From Pristiophorus japonicus (lineage: Eukaryota): DNA of 64,000 bases. The stretch spans positions 31,434,001 through 31,498,000 of the forward strand of contig NC_091999.1 of NCBI RefSeq assembly GCF_044704955.1, written 5' to 3'. Below, in pieces: positions 12,050 through 24,669 of the stretch; the first letter of the stretch is position 1, and each line of letters opens with the position of its first letter. Under the pieces are notes generated by a model, which was not told the origin of the DNA, did not search any database, and was given only the letters and a program-made list of their open reading frames with translations. The position numbers were made by a program, and so were the translations under genes.

Positions 12050-14970
12050 GTTAGTTAGTGACCATGCTTTTTTAACTGGGTCCAGTGTTTCCACTTGCCG
12101 ATACTCCTTATAAGTACCATAACTTACCATGATTACCTGATAGAGACCGATCCATTTGGATGCGATCTCGAACATCTCTGGGGTAATTTCTTGACTGCTG
12201 ATTTGGTGTGTTTGGAATTTCTGTTTCTTAGTGTCGTTCTCTAAATCCTTGATTTGTTGATCTCTAACCTTTGACTCTATATCATGTAACTGCTTACAGA
12301 GTTCCATTACAGATTTCCATATTTTTTTAGTTCAGAGGGTATTCTTCCTGTCGTCCGACTAGGGGTTGCCTTGAGCTTTATTTATACTCGAGGTATCCTG
12401 ACTAACCATCCCTTTCCATTCTCTTTGATGTGGGATATTTTTTGTCTAATCCCTAAGCGCACGCCTGTTTCATTATCTTCCCTGTGAAGTGTGAACTTTG
12501 ATCTGAGTTCAGCTGCAGTGCCATTATTTTGTTTGCTAGGATCCTGGCCATGGTTTCTATTGAACAATTCCTAGTGGCGAAAGCTTCTACCCACATCATA
12601 AACGTGTCTATTATAACTAAGCAGTATGTTTTCCCCTTGTTGCTGGATAATGGTCCAGTAAAATCTGCCTGAAAATTTTCCCAGAGTCCCTTCGCTCGGG
12701 GCTAATGTCCCATTCTGACCTTTATTTTCTCCACTGGTTTTATTTTTTGCATATCACGCACCTTCTGCAGAGGTCGTCTATATCTCGAGATATTCCCTTC
12801 CACCACCAGCATCTGGACATCGAGCTTATCATGCTGGTTCTACCTGTATGGACATACCCGTGGTATAAATTTAATAGGCTCCCCTGGAAGCATTCCGGGG
12901 CCACCACATTCCCATCTTTTCTCCATTTCCCGTCGGTCCCTTGTTTGACCCATCTCTGCTTCCATCCCTCCTGTTCCTGCGGAGTGGCCTCTCCCTGTAC
13001 CTCAAGCATATTTACTTCCTCAGGCCCGATTGCACATGCTCCGCCTTGGGCTTCCCCGGCCAGTGCACCTGCCACTCGCTTGGCTGCTTCATCTGTCCAT
13101 GCATTCTCCTGTTCATACTGATCATTATTTTTTACATGTGCTTTGATCTTTATTATCGCACACTCCTGGGGTAGGAGGGAGGCTTCCACTAGATGTTTAT
13201 CAATCTCCTCTTGTTTAATCGGTCCTCCTCCTGAGGTCGTGTATCCCCGTCTGCTCCAGGCTATCATATAATCATGCACTAATCCGAAAGCGTATCGACT
13301 GTCTGTATAGACGTTTACTCATTTTCCCCTCGCAAGCCTCAGAGCCTCAGTGAGAACCACAACTTCAAACACTTGAACTGATAGATTTTCTTCTAACCAT
13401 ACTTCCCCTTTGTCCTGAACGCTGCGATCTCCCACGGCCCATCCTGTCTGTGGTGTCCCATTGATACAGCGCCAAAACCCATCTACATATAGATCCATGT
13501 CTGCCACCTCAAGCGGGGTTTCACTTGCCTGATTACTTCTCTCATCTTCTTCTGTTGTGCTACACTGATGCTCCTCTCCCTCTGTATTTTATTATTGTTA
13601 CCGTCCCGTTGTGTGGGTGGGGGGGGTGGGGGGATGGCGGGAGAGGAGGGGGGAGAGCATTATTTACCACCTCGCCATTTGTGCATCGAATACCTTTTTA
13701 GCCTTCCGGTATTGAATAATTCTACTAAGGTACGCTGGGTTTGTAGAATAATGCATCCTGTCATTATTATTGGTTCGTTAACTCTGCTGGCCCAAGCCGC
13801 ACAGTCGAGGGCAGCAACGCACCTGGACAGTCCTGCAGCTACAGGTTGCGGTTTATCTGAGTAATATACCACTGGTCTATGCCTGTCGCCATGTAATTGA
13901 ATCACTACCGCGTTATAATGATGGTTAATATGGTAGGTATAGACGTAAAAGGGCCTATTCTGGTCTGGTAGTCCCAGGGCTGGAGCACTTGTGAGAGTTT
14001 GTTTTCACCGCACACATGCAGTTTCTTGATCTAGACCCCAGTTTACTGGCTCTTAGGAGGGTTCCCATCCTTTGACCTGTTTCTGTATAGGTTAAGCCAC
14101 CTTGGCATATTCGGGAATAACATTTCTGCAGTAGTTTAATAGCCCTAGTACCTGCCTGACCCATTTCACGGTTCCTGGTCTGGGGATTGATTGAATTGCT
14201 TCCTTACTGTCCTTGGGCATCTGTCTCTTCCCTTACGATATTATGTATCCCAGGTATGTTACTTCGCTCCTTCTTTCTCCTAAGTCTACTGGTTCCAAAA
14301 TCCCTGACAATATTCGATGAAATATGCTCCAGCTGTTATTGAATCCCAGTGGTACCTTGGCCCATGTGTATTGTTATCCCTTTACCATGAAGGCAAATTT
14401 TCCTTGAGACTCTTTGGCTAAGGGAATGGTCCAAGTTCCATTCACTATATCCAGCATGGTGAATATCTTATGATCTGGATCCATGCCATTAAAAATTGTG
14501 GCCGGACTTGCCACGATTGGGTGTTGTCCGGAAGTCACCTTGTTCAGGGTGGTATAATCGATAGTCAGTCGGTAACACCTGTCGGGTTTCTTCATCAGCC
14601 ACACAGGTGAATTAATGGAAGCTATTACATGTTGCAATATACTTTGCTCCTCTAATTCATGCACTATCTGACAGACCGCTACCTCAGCTTCGGGTGTTAA
14701 TTGGTACGGTCGGTGAGCTTTGTGTTCAGGAAATTTGATGGGTGATATCTCTGATAATCCACAACCTTGTTTGCATTGTGCCCACAGAGTCGGGTATAAT
14801 TGGCACACGCTACCCAATACAGCCTTTGAATCCCACTCGGGTTGGATTATGGTTGTTCCTGCCATTCGTTGCTGCTGGTGTCCCGGGTTTTCGAACTTAA
14901 TTCGGTTTTCGTGCTTATCCCCCAAAATTATCCGATTACGCTGAAGAGCTATCAGTACCCCTATCTCCAT
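12050..14970 (-). pseudogene. pol: pol: RT, tether, RNase H, integrase (disrupted)
   Basis: RT: NSPVWLMKKPDRCYRLTIDY...LDIVNGTWTIPL...KFAF, with the YxDD segment deleted near 14280. Tether: HRPVVYYS...CVAALDCAAW. RNase H: LYVDG, TEAL, YTDSRYAFG, KIKAH. Integrase: H-GYV-H...CRRCVIC, FQADFTGPL, KWKHWTQLK. Confidence 0.92.
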
Positions 14971-14999
14971 TAATTTATCGCTGCCTTCTGTATACCTTC

Positions 15000-17420
15000 T
15001 TTATGTTGCCTTCTGTATTCTGACAGCACCAAAACTGAGCAGGTAGCATTAGCCCTGTACTTCGACAACACCATCTCACTTTGGGTTGCTTTCTGATATG
15101 CCCCACTCTCTCCTTGTATGTTGATGGTCCTATGGGTCAGGTGCAAATCTAAGTTGGTTATTGGGTGTTCTCTGGTTGGGGCGGTGGTGGCAGTGGTACC
15201 AGTGGTACTGGTACCTGTCTGAGCATGTCCATCAGATCTGCCCTGCTTAATGGTATTCCCTTCTTTGCCTGTTTGTGGTCTCGCCATCCAGCGCATTCCT
15301 CATAACTCCAGCAATCTTTGGCCAAATGTCCAAGTTTACCACAATTTTGACATTTCCCTTTAGAATTGCCGTAACCTCTGCTTTTCTGCAGGCAATCCCT
15401 ACTGAAGTTGCCTTCCTGATTGCAGTTTAAACATATCAGTGGAGCTGCGCGGGAGTCTGTCGCTTCCTCCTTCGTCTCTGTTGCTAACGCTGTTGCTCCT
15501 ATTTTTGCTCTTTTATCCCTTGTTCTAACTTTAACCCCTCTACATGTTCTGCCCTTTCCAAAGTTTCATCATAATCATCTCCAATCTTAAATACTCACTT
15601 CATTATCTTTTGATGTGCCTTTCCTAGTCCATCCTTAAAGATTTTCAAGAATGCTGCATCATTTCTGTTGCGGTCATCAGCCCCAGAGTGGTTTTTGAAT
15701 TCAATCCACTTTCGTTCCCCGTACTCCCCAACCCTTTTCCCTGCCTTTTGAGTCACAGTATTCTACTCCAATCTTTTGTCAGAGTTCTGTATCTCTACTA
15801 TTTTGCTTTAGCGGGTGGTAACTTATTCAATAGAATTTGTCTCCTGTGGGCTGATGGGCACCTCCTATATGGTAATGTGGGCTGCTCTACATCCGCTGGA
15901 GCGAATGGTGGTCGTGCATATCAGTGCCACTGATAAATAGCCATTAGCATGTGCCGGGGCCACCTCTACTCCAAACTCATTATCCCTCTCTGATTGACTG
16001 TTAGGTTGGGGTTGTGGACTGCACTTACCCACCTTGGGGTACATTATCTCTATTACCGTAGGTGATGGTGCTATGGCTGTGCTCTGCATTATCCATCTGG
16101 TCCTGTCTTTTTCTCTGGCAGCTTATTTATCTTAGCTTCTAACTCTTGAATTTGATGTGTTTAAGTATCTATCTGTCCTCTGTAGCAGGTGAGTATTATT
16201 ACATAGGCTTTCTTCGTTTTGTTTTCATTCTGACTATCCCAACATTTCTTCTGTCTGTCAGGTGAGTCTTTTTTCTTTTATTAAGAAATCCAAATTAATA
16301 ATGTCCAGTATAAAACAGCTTTCAATGGAAAGGGTTAACTCTTTTTCAGATTTGTAAGAAGGCCTGGCGTCATTACGTGACTTCGGGTATTCATCTGCAA
16401 ATTTTTCCCCAAGTCTTTGTGTTTTCAAAACTTGCTAAGAAATTAGGAATCCGTTAAAATAGTAGAAATTATTAGTAAAGTTGTCAAAATAAAACCTTCT
16501 CAGCGGGAAAGGCAGCATTTTAGATTAAACTCCAATTTCTCTACACATCCAATTCAAATACTTGCCAACGAGTTTTTCATTGATTAAAAGCGAGACCACA
16601 CATTTTAATAGCTATTTTGTTTACAGAAATCCAATTTCCACGCAAGCTATATACATTCCAGTATTTTGTTTTTTTATTGTCCCGTTCACTGAGCAAATCT
16701 TGTGTTTAATTTCTCTCGGCACAAAATCTAAACTTCGGTGCCGGTCCATCTTTTTAAGAATCCTGTAATTCCGAGTTTTTTCTTTCTGTGCTGAGTTCAC
16801 ATAGCTTCGATCTTTTCCCCCTTTTGAATCTGAACTTAATCATTTTTTGATGACCTTACTCCAGTCCATAGTTAAACATCTTTGTTTCTCTTTCTCGGCA
16901 CAAAGCTTTGTCGGGTTTAACTCATAAGTTTTTATATTTCAACCAATATCCTTTTCACAGCCAATTTAAATCTCGTTTCTTAAAATTAGGTTTTGTATTT
17001 TGATGATCTTCCTCCAGTCCATTTTCCTCAACATCTTTGTTTCTCTGCAGCTTTCAAGGTCACATTTCTATCTTTTGATAAAAACGAATTGTCTTTTGTA
17101 AATTCAATTTGATTTCCAACATTTTTCTTTTCTTTTATTAATTTTCTATTTATCTCAGCTAGCATTTTATCCCACTGGCCAGTTTTCTTAGGATCCTGGG
17201 GTCTCTCCCCACGGTTTAGGTTGTATTTGTTCTTGTTTGCACCGCACACGATCAATACCAGCTTCACAGTGTTATTACCACGTCACGCTTCAGGACATAT
17301 GCCTTATATTTCCCATAACGATCGCTGGGATCCACTCCCCCTGCGGTTGCATTCTTTCTTTTTCAGGCATACACCTATCCCACCCTTGGTTTTCAGCCAT
17401 CTGTGGTTCGTTATAACTTG
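15000..17420 (-). pseudogene. gag: gag (long, Lys/Glu-rich N-terminal region, two CCHC zinc knuckles)
   Basis: CLNCNQEGNFSRDC and CQNCGKLGHLAKDC at about 15305-15440, with capsid-like remnants upstream. No protease DTG motif found, so it is probably deleted. The start is approximate. Confidence 0.75.
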
Positions 17421-17549
17421 TCCTACAGCTGACCCCTTCTAATCCTTTATACAAATTATCTCCTTCCCCGTCAATGCTACAGCTGCATGTGGTAAAAAAA
17501 CATGCTCACTACCATTTAGCTGTCACGTGATCCAGGTCGGAAGGTCTGC

Positions 17550-17567
17550 ATTCGGTTCAAGACGCCA
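17550..17567 (-). promoter_or_regulatory. Primer binding site (degenerate, possibly tRNA-Ser)
   Basis: TGGCGTCTTGAACCGAAT lies 2 nt after the LTR CA. It matches the tRNA-Ser(CGA)-type PBS TGGCGTCACGAACAGGAT (from recall) at 14/18. Confidence 0.7.
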
Positions 17568-17569
17568 AA

Positions 17570-18168
17570 TGTTGCGGTTAAAAAGGAGGCTTCTCTTCTT
17601 CGACGTGGACTAACTGATATAGTTCATCGACACCACACCTTTCTCCCACTGTATAACGACCACGGAAGTGAACACACGAAATCTCACGATCAACTGGCTT
17701 TCATTACGAGCAATTGCAAGGGAAGGTTCAGTCGTGGAACCTCCGAAATACAAGAGTTTTCAAGCATAACTTATACCGGTTTTGGAGAGGAGCTATCCTC
17801 CTGCAAAATCATCGATAGGTCTATCGATATCAGCGAAGTTACATTGATTTGTCGACTCTTATCCGACGGGCTCTAAGTGGTAAATGCAACAGTCCATCTC
17901 TCATCATTGTTTTGTTCCATTTTCCCCTCTACCCCAGTCTATCCGACGGTTAGAATGGCTGTACTTGCTTATTTATCTCTTCCTCAGGGACTTAAAAAAA
18001 CTGCTGACCGGCTGTTTAAGTATTACAGAGGTTACGGATTGAGTTCAATGTGTTATACATTTGCGCTGTACCTACATAAGCAAGTGTTACCTACATAGCA
18101 ATTAAAAGTTCAAGACCTTCATCATAATTCTGAGCTCCTATTTACAACCTTACAATTTATCCATTGAA
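17570..18168 (-). repeat. 5' LTR of the ERV
   Basis: Diverged direct repeat of 9173-9767; the outer end is degenerate. Confidence 0.88.
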
Positions 18169-18169
18169 G

Positions 18170-19554
18170 GGGTCGATGCAAAGCCTCCATCATTTCTCCC
18201 CATGAGTCATCTCATTGTTTGGTGAGACGTTTATTCTCTCTGCTTAGATCTTCTTTTTAAACCTCAAGATTTCCTAATTGTTTACATTGCAGTCCCTACG
18301 TGAATTGCATTGATACTCTGCTGTTGGATTACTGCAGTAGCTCAGGCAAATTGACTCTGCAAATTCAAAATTTTCTGTTTAATGTCTGAATCTATTTACT
18401 GCAATTCTTCATTCTTAGACGATTTTTTTTTTCCAGTTCTGATATTTTATCCTCTAATTCTTTCTTGACCTTTGATTGACGTCCTGGGAAGTACGAAGCT
18501 GCACAGGTGACTAGACTCATCGCCTTACCCAGCTTCCATTGCTTAGCTTTAATCTGTTCATCAATAAAAGTGACCATATCCTTAAGGGATACATTCGGAT
18601 TCTTCCATAGGCAATCTAGCAACAGTGTCTGCACTTGCGTTTCGTCACATATTTTTTCTAACTTTTTCTGATACTCTTCCAAGAGACACTCCTCCGGCAT
18701 CTGAAAATTAATTATTTTTAAGTAAGCTTCCTTAATGAAGATAACAGTCACTAGCAGTTGACGTAAATCAACCTTACACAAGATTTGATCGGTGATCAAA
18801 CGATCTGCCTTGCATCTGCTGGTGATACATAACAACTTGTTTTCAAATAGACAGAAAAAATTACAAGAGTTCCCGATTAACTTGATTATTGAGTATATTT
18901 CATTTTGTTCAATATCTCTTTGTTTTATTCCTTCGTGGTCGCCAGATGTAGTTTTTAACCAATGAGCAGCTTTTTGCCGCTTTGCTAACTATAGCAATTC
19001 AGCTATTTCCAGGGTATATACTTAATTCAAACTGGGAGACTCTTGTTCAGATCATACCAAATACTTTTAATACAGGTATAGTGAGTAAAAACAGTGTTTT
19101 ATCAAGTAAATTACATTCTGTTACAAAAATAATACTTACCAAATTATAGTCACAGCCTAATTCTCGATAGCGTCCTCTCGAGCTGACCGTGGTGCCGACT
19201 CCTTATCTCCTGTTCGCTTGATTCGCACTGCCTTCTGAGTAGAAGAGCTGTTACTTTATACCATTTTTCTCCCATTCAAAAGATGTGAAAGTTTACAGCT
19301 GTTGTAGCCTTACAATAGATCATGTTATCTATTGCCTTTGACTTTCTATGTTATCTCTATCTCCGTCCCTCTCTGTGGCAAGAATCACTTCTCTGAGAAC
19401 AATTATACAGACCATGGTCACACAGAATTCATTACTGAGCTTGGCTTTACAAAAATATGACAAGAACTGGTACGCAATATATACCTTTATGTTATTGATT
19501 AATAATTTTGGCCTTGATCTTTCTATTTCTAAATGAAGCTTCATCAGCAGTTAC
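18170..19554 (-). mobile_element. 5' part of a second, different LTR element (LTR, PBS, gag N-terminus)
   Basis: The LTR ends ...TACA at 18947, followed by TC and a PBS. ORF 18392-18835 is gag-like with a coiled coil. The far LTR boundary is uncertain. Confidence 0.65.
18927..18944 (-). promoter_or_regulatory. Primer binding site, tRNA-Arg type
   Basis: TGGCGACCACGAAGGAAT matches the tRNA-Arg-type PBS TGGCGACCACGAAGGGAT (from recall) at 17/18. Confidence 0.8.
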
Positions 19555-19599
19555 AAAAATGGATAAAATAATAATGACTCAATTTAACATGATGCTTTG

Positions 19600-20190
19600 T
19601 TCATGTGTGGAAATGTGTAAGTATGGTTATGTCGAAATGTTTGTTTATGTTGAGGTGTAAGTGTGTTTGAGTTTTAGTGTAACATTGTGTTTACATGTAA
19701 GTGTGTGTGTGTGTGTTTTGTGTTAGTCTGTGTTTGGATTTATATGCATGTTCATGTTTGTGTAAGTGTGTTGAGGTGTGTCTTTTCCTGTAAGTGTATG
19801 GTTATGTCTCAATGTTGTTCATGTTTAGGTATAAGTCTGTGTGTGTTTGTGTGTGTATGTTTCGTGTAAGTGTGTGTTTTGATTGATGCGTGTGTATAAG
19901 TGCAATAGTGTGTTTGCATGTAAGCGTGTGTGTGTTTTGTGTAAATCTGTATTTGGATTGATGCGTTTGATTACGAGTGTGTGTGTGTTTTGTGCAAGTC
20001 TGTGTGTGGATGGACGTGTGTATTTATCTGTGTGTAAGTCTGTTTGTGTGTTTTGTGTAAGTGTGTGTGTGGATTGATGTATGTGTTGATATGTGTGTAA
20101 ATGTGTGTAAGTATGTTTTGTGTAAGTGTGTGTCTGGATTGATATGTGTGTCTATGTTTGTGTAACTGTGTATAAGTTTCCATTGTGTTA
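19600..20190. repeat. Degenerate (TG)-rich satellite
   Basis: Repeated gtgtgtgttttgtgtaagt-like units. Confidence 0.9.
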
Positions 20191-21153
20191 GTGTACGTTT
20201 CGATTGACGTGTATTATTTCTGTTGTTCAAAGTTTCAGAGAGTACCAATAACTGGATTTGACAATGATGGTTTTCATTATATTCTAGTTATGTGTAATAT
20301 TATGTGTCAGGTTGTTAGTATGTCTTTATTTGTAAGACTATGTGTGTTTATGTGTAATTGTGCACTTACACAAAAACACAAACTTATACAAAATCATCAA
20401 AACACTTACATGTGAACACACACAAACTCACATTCACATGTATTCTCCTCCGCTCTGTGTAAATGTGTTCTGTGTGAGGCGCAATGTGACATCAGCCGAA
20501 CGAATGCAACAATTCAACCGATGTGCTTCAGCAACATCAGGGACACAACTGTGAGAAACCCGCAGAGGATTCAGTCACCAGTTGAGACATGGCCCATTAG
20601 AATTCAACATGTTAGTTTACAATTAACAGGGACTGTTGCAGCCCCAACCCTATTTAAAAATATTACGTGGAATAAATAGTTATTTCAGAATATAATACTC
20701 ATATGGCAAGTTTACAATCTTTAGATCATGGGTTAGAATGTACGATGGCAACTTAGTGCATTTAAAAGATGGTGGTTCACTTCCCATCTCCCTGCGGAAG
20801 GGGCAGTGGGCGTTACATGAATTACACGTTTCCCTTTCTCCTCTCGCTGGTGCGTGTGTGAGGTACAGTGAGTTAAAATGACCCTTTACTCCCTCTCAGC
20901 TGAAGTTACCTTCAGGTATCCTGTAATGAGAGAACTCCACCCAGTTTCTAACTCATGCTGTATCTGAGCTGGGAGCGCTGGCTGTACAAGCCTTGGGACC
21001 GAGATCCGCAAACACCCTACTTCAGATAAACAGCCCTCACATTGTCCAAAATAGGAAACATAATTAATTGAGTGGCTGTGTGTTTAACTCACGATTGGAA
21101 GAAAAGCCCTTTATTGTTTTTTATTTAAGAACTGAAATGCAATCGAGACATTC

Positions 21154-21171
21154 TCATTGACAAGAGTGACG
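21154..21171 (-). pseudogene. IGHM: End of the IgM secretory tailpiece (SCQ*)
   Basis: TCT TGT CAA TGA followed by two AATAAA (21125-21120, 21115-21110); separated from ISLVLMDT by a CR1. Confidence 0.8.
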
Positions 21172-23082
21172 AAGAAAGCAATAAAGAAAGGAAAGATCGA
21201 TTATGCAAAACATGAAAACGGATATTAAAGCTTTTACAGATATGTAAAACGGAAAAGAGTGACTAAAGTAAAAGTTGGTCCCTTAGAAAATGAGAAGGGA
21301 GTTTTAATAATGGGAAATGTGGAAATGGCTGAGAGCTTAAACAATTATTTTGCTTCGGTCTCCACAGTGGAAGACACAAAAACCATGCCATAAATTGCTG
21401 GTCAAAGGAATGTGGGAAGGGAGGACCTTGAGACAATCACTATCACTAGGGGGGTAGTGCTGGACAGGCTAATGGGACTCAAGGTAGACAAGTCCCCTGG
21501 TCCTGATGAAATGCATCCCAGGGTATTATAATAGATGGCGGAAGTTATAGCAGATGCATTCGTTATAATCCACCAAAACTCTCTGGATTCTGGGGAGGTA
21601 CCAGCGGATTGGAAAGCAGCTAATGTAACACTTCTGTTTAAAAAAGTGGGCAGACAAAAGGCAGGTAACTATAGGCCGGTTAGTTTAACATCTGTAGTGG
21701 GGAAAATGCTTGAAACTATCATTAAGGAAGAAATAGCGGGACGTCTAGATTGGAATAGTGCAATCAAGCAGACGCAGCATGGATTCATGAAGGGGTAATC
21801 ATGTTTAACTAATTTACTGGATTTCTTTGAGAAGATAACGAGCATGGTGGATACAGGTGTACCGATGGATGTGGAGTATTTGATTTTCAAAAGGCATTCG
21901 ATAAGGTCCCACACAAAAGGTTACTGCAGAAGATAAAGGTACGCGGAGTCAGAGGAAATGTATTAGCATGGATAGAGAATTGGCTGGCTAACAGAAAACA
22001 GAGAGTCGCGATTAATGGGTCCTTTTCGTGTTGGAAATCGGTGGTTAGTGGTGTGCCACAGGGATCGGTGCTGGGACTACAACTGTTTACAATATACATA
22101 GATGACCTGGAAGAGGGGACATAGTGCAGTGTAACAAAATTTGCAGATGAAACAAAGAGTAGTGGGAAAGCGGGTTGTGCAGAGGACACAGAAAGGCTGC
22201 AAAGAGATTTAGATAGGTTAAGCGAATGGGGTAAGGTTTGCCAGATGGAATACAATGTCGGAAAGTGTGAGGTCATCTACCTTGAGGAAAAAAAACAGTA
22301 AAGTGGAATATTATTTGAATGGGGAGAAATTATAACATGCTGCGATGCAGAGGGACCTGGGAGTCCTTGTCCATGGATCCCAAGATGTAAGTTTGCAGGT
22401 GCAGCAGGTAATCAGGAAGGCGAATGGAATGTTGGCCTTCATTGCCAGAGGGATGGAGTACAAAAGCAGGGTGGTCCTTCTGCAACTGTATAGGGTGTTG
22501 GTGAGGCCGCACCTGGAGTACTGCGTGCGGTTTTGGTCACCTTACTTAAGGAAGGATATACTAGCTTTGGAGGGGTTACAGAGACGATTCACGAGGCTGA
22601 TTCAGGAGATGAGGGGGTTACCTTATGATGATAGATTGAGTAGACTGGGTCTTTACTCGTTGGAGTTCAGAAGGATGAGGGGTGATCGATAGAAACATTT
22701 AAAACAATGAAAGGCATAGACAAGATAGAGGCAGTGGGGGTGTTTCCACTGGTCGGGGAGACTAGAACTAGGGGGCACAGCCTCAAAATACGGGGGAGCC
22801 AATTTAAAACTGAGTTGAGAAGGAATTTCTTCTCCCACAGAGTTGTGAATCTGTGGAATTCTCTGCAAAGGGGTGGAATTGAGGATAGCTCATTGAATGT
22901 ATTCAATTCACAGATAGATAGATTTTTAAACAATAAGGGAATTAAGGGTTATGGGGAGCGGGCAGGTAAGTGGAGCTGAGTCCACGACCAGATCAGCCAT
23001 GATCTTGTTGAATGGCGGAACAGGCTCGAGAGGCTAGATGGCCTACTCCTGTTCCTAATTTTTATGTTCTTATGTTCTTATG
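21172..23082 (+). mobile_element. 5'-truncated CR1 LINE inserted in the IgM secretory tail
   Basis: [23 protein letters not shown] and RPHLEYC motifs; 3' tail of (ttatgttc) repeats. Confidence 0.95.
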
Positions 23083-23444
23083 AAGGTGTCCATCAGAACA
23101 AGGGAAATGCTTTACCACTGGATTTATTGACGGTTCTGTTGGTGATTATCAATGGGATCGCTTCATGTCCCACCACACAGGAGTGAGAGGCGCCGCTGGC
23201 CCATTCCTCGGCTGCAATGGATAGCAGACTCTACATGAAGAAGGAGCTGCTGCCGTTCTCCGCCATCACCTCGGTGTTCTTGTAGTTGCCGTAATCCACC
23301 AGTTTGTTATTGACGGTCTTTTTGACGAAGATTTTTCGGGGGGAGAACCTCTCACTAAGCAGGTGAGGCTGACTAACCTCTGAGCAGAGACTTCTTCTGC
23401 CGAGGGCAGGAGGACAGACATGGCCGGTTCCCGCGGATCATTAG
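23083..23444 (-). pseudogene. IGHM: IgM CH4 exon plus start of the secretory tail (frameshift and stop)
   Basis: [33 protein letters not shown]/fs/SPRKIFVK...[11 protein letters not shown]...[29 protein letters not shown]...NRTVNKSSG|gtaaag, then ISLVLMDT. Matches shark IgM CH4 as I recall it. Confidence 0.93.
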
Positions 23445-24361
23445 CTGTAGAACAGTTACAACAAAGGCCAATGAACTGGATAGTTCCAGAGACAATGGGG
23501 GAATTTCAACCCAATACAGCGGGCGGGTTTTGGGCGTGGAGGTTGTTAAATTGGTAAAAATCAGAATCCCGACCTCAACTCGCCTACTTCCGGTTGTAAT
23601 ATTATATTTGAGTAATATATTTAAATGAGATTGGAATCCTCTATTTTAACCACCATTTGGTGTTTAACTGTCGCTGGTCCGGCTTGACACACTGTGTAAA
23701 TCTCAGCAGTTACAGCAAGGCGGGGATTGCTGCACCCAGGTGGTAATTGCCCTTACACCGACCTCCTGGATCCAGGGTCCCTGCCTAACCCATCGCCCGC
23801 GATCCGCAACCTTCTCACTCGGCTTCCAATCCTCCCGTTCTCACTGGTGGCCTGTGAGACCAACGCCCACAACTCGCCTTCCTCATTTAAATTCAGCCAA
23901 TTTCCGGTGGTTAGATGTGAGAGAAATGGACACTGCGTTGAATTTTAACGCTTTTCCTTTTCCCCTCTGTTGCCTCTCTGGTTTTCCATCCCTTATCAGA
24001 GGGAACGTCATCTTTCTCTCTGAAATCTTGAAGCGTTGCACTGGAAAATGACGTGGAATTTAATGCACAGAACGAGGAGATTTGGCCAACTGGTCTATGC
24101 CAGTGGTTATGATCCACACAAGCCTCCTCCGAGCCCACTTCATCCAACCCTAATAATATACCCTTCTATTTCTTTCTCGCTCATGGACTTATCCAGTTAC
24201 CCCTAAAATACATAATGTCAGGTCCCAGAGTGCTGAGTTGGTGGAATTACCAACCTGAATGATCAGAGTAGCCATTAAACACTTTATATAATCAATTGGC
24301 CCTTGCACACGCATCGAAATTGTCGCAGTGTCTCAATTATTGCAACAATCTCCCCGCTCAC

Positions 24362-24669
24362 CCTTTTCCTTGTGGATGGAATCTCTGAGAGGAGACGGCA
24401 TTTCCTGATGGCTCACCACGCAGTAGAACTTATCCCCACTCAGCCAAACTTGTGTCGAGATGTTTAAGTTGCTGATCACACTGTTGGGATCCTCTCCGGG
24501 TTTGACGGCAATCTCTGATTTCAAAGTCTCGTTTTTTCGGGTCCAGGTCACGGTGAGCCCATAAGGAGTGTCAGACACGACGCAGGTTAAGGTCACCGTC
24601 GCCTCCAGTAAAACCTGTTCCAGTGACGGTGGGCGAAGAGTGATTTTTAATCGCTGCATGGGACATCCA
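24362..24669 (-). pseudogene. IGHM: IgM CH3 exon
   Basis: [25 protein letters not shown]...[29 protein letters not shown]|gtgag. Acceptor ttcgcag at 24670. Read in the usual phase 1, a 1-nt deletion gives an early TAA. Confidence 0.92.

Larger units (their letters stand above)
9173..18168 (-). mobile_element. Decayed endogenous retrovirus (LTR-gag-pol-env-ORF-LTR), lokiretrovirus-like
   Basis: Two LTRs of about 595 bp, PBS, PPT, two CCHC knuckles, RT, tether plus a second RNase H, HHCC integrase and an env-like region. Many stops, frameshifts and deletions. Confidence 0.88.
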
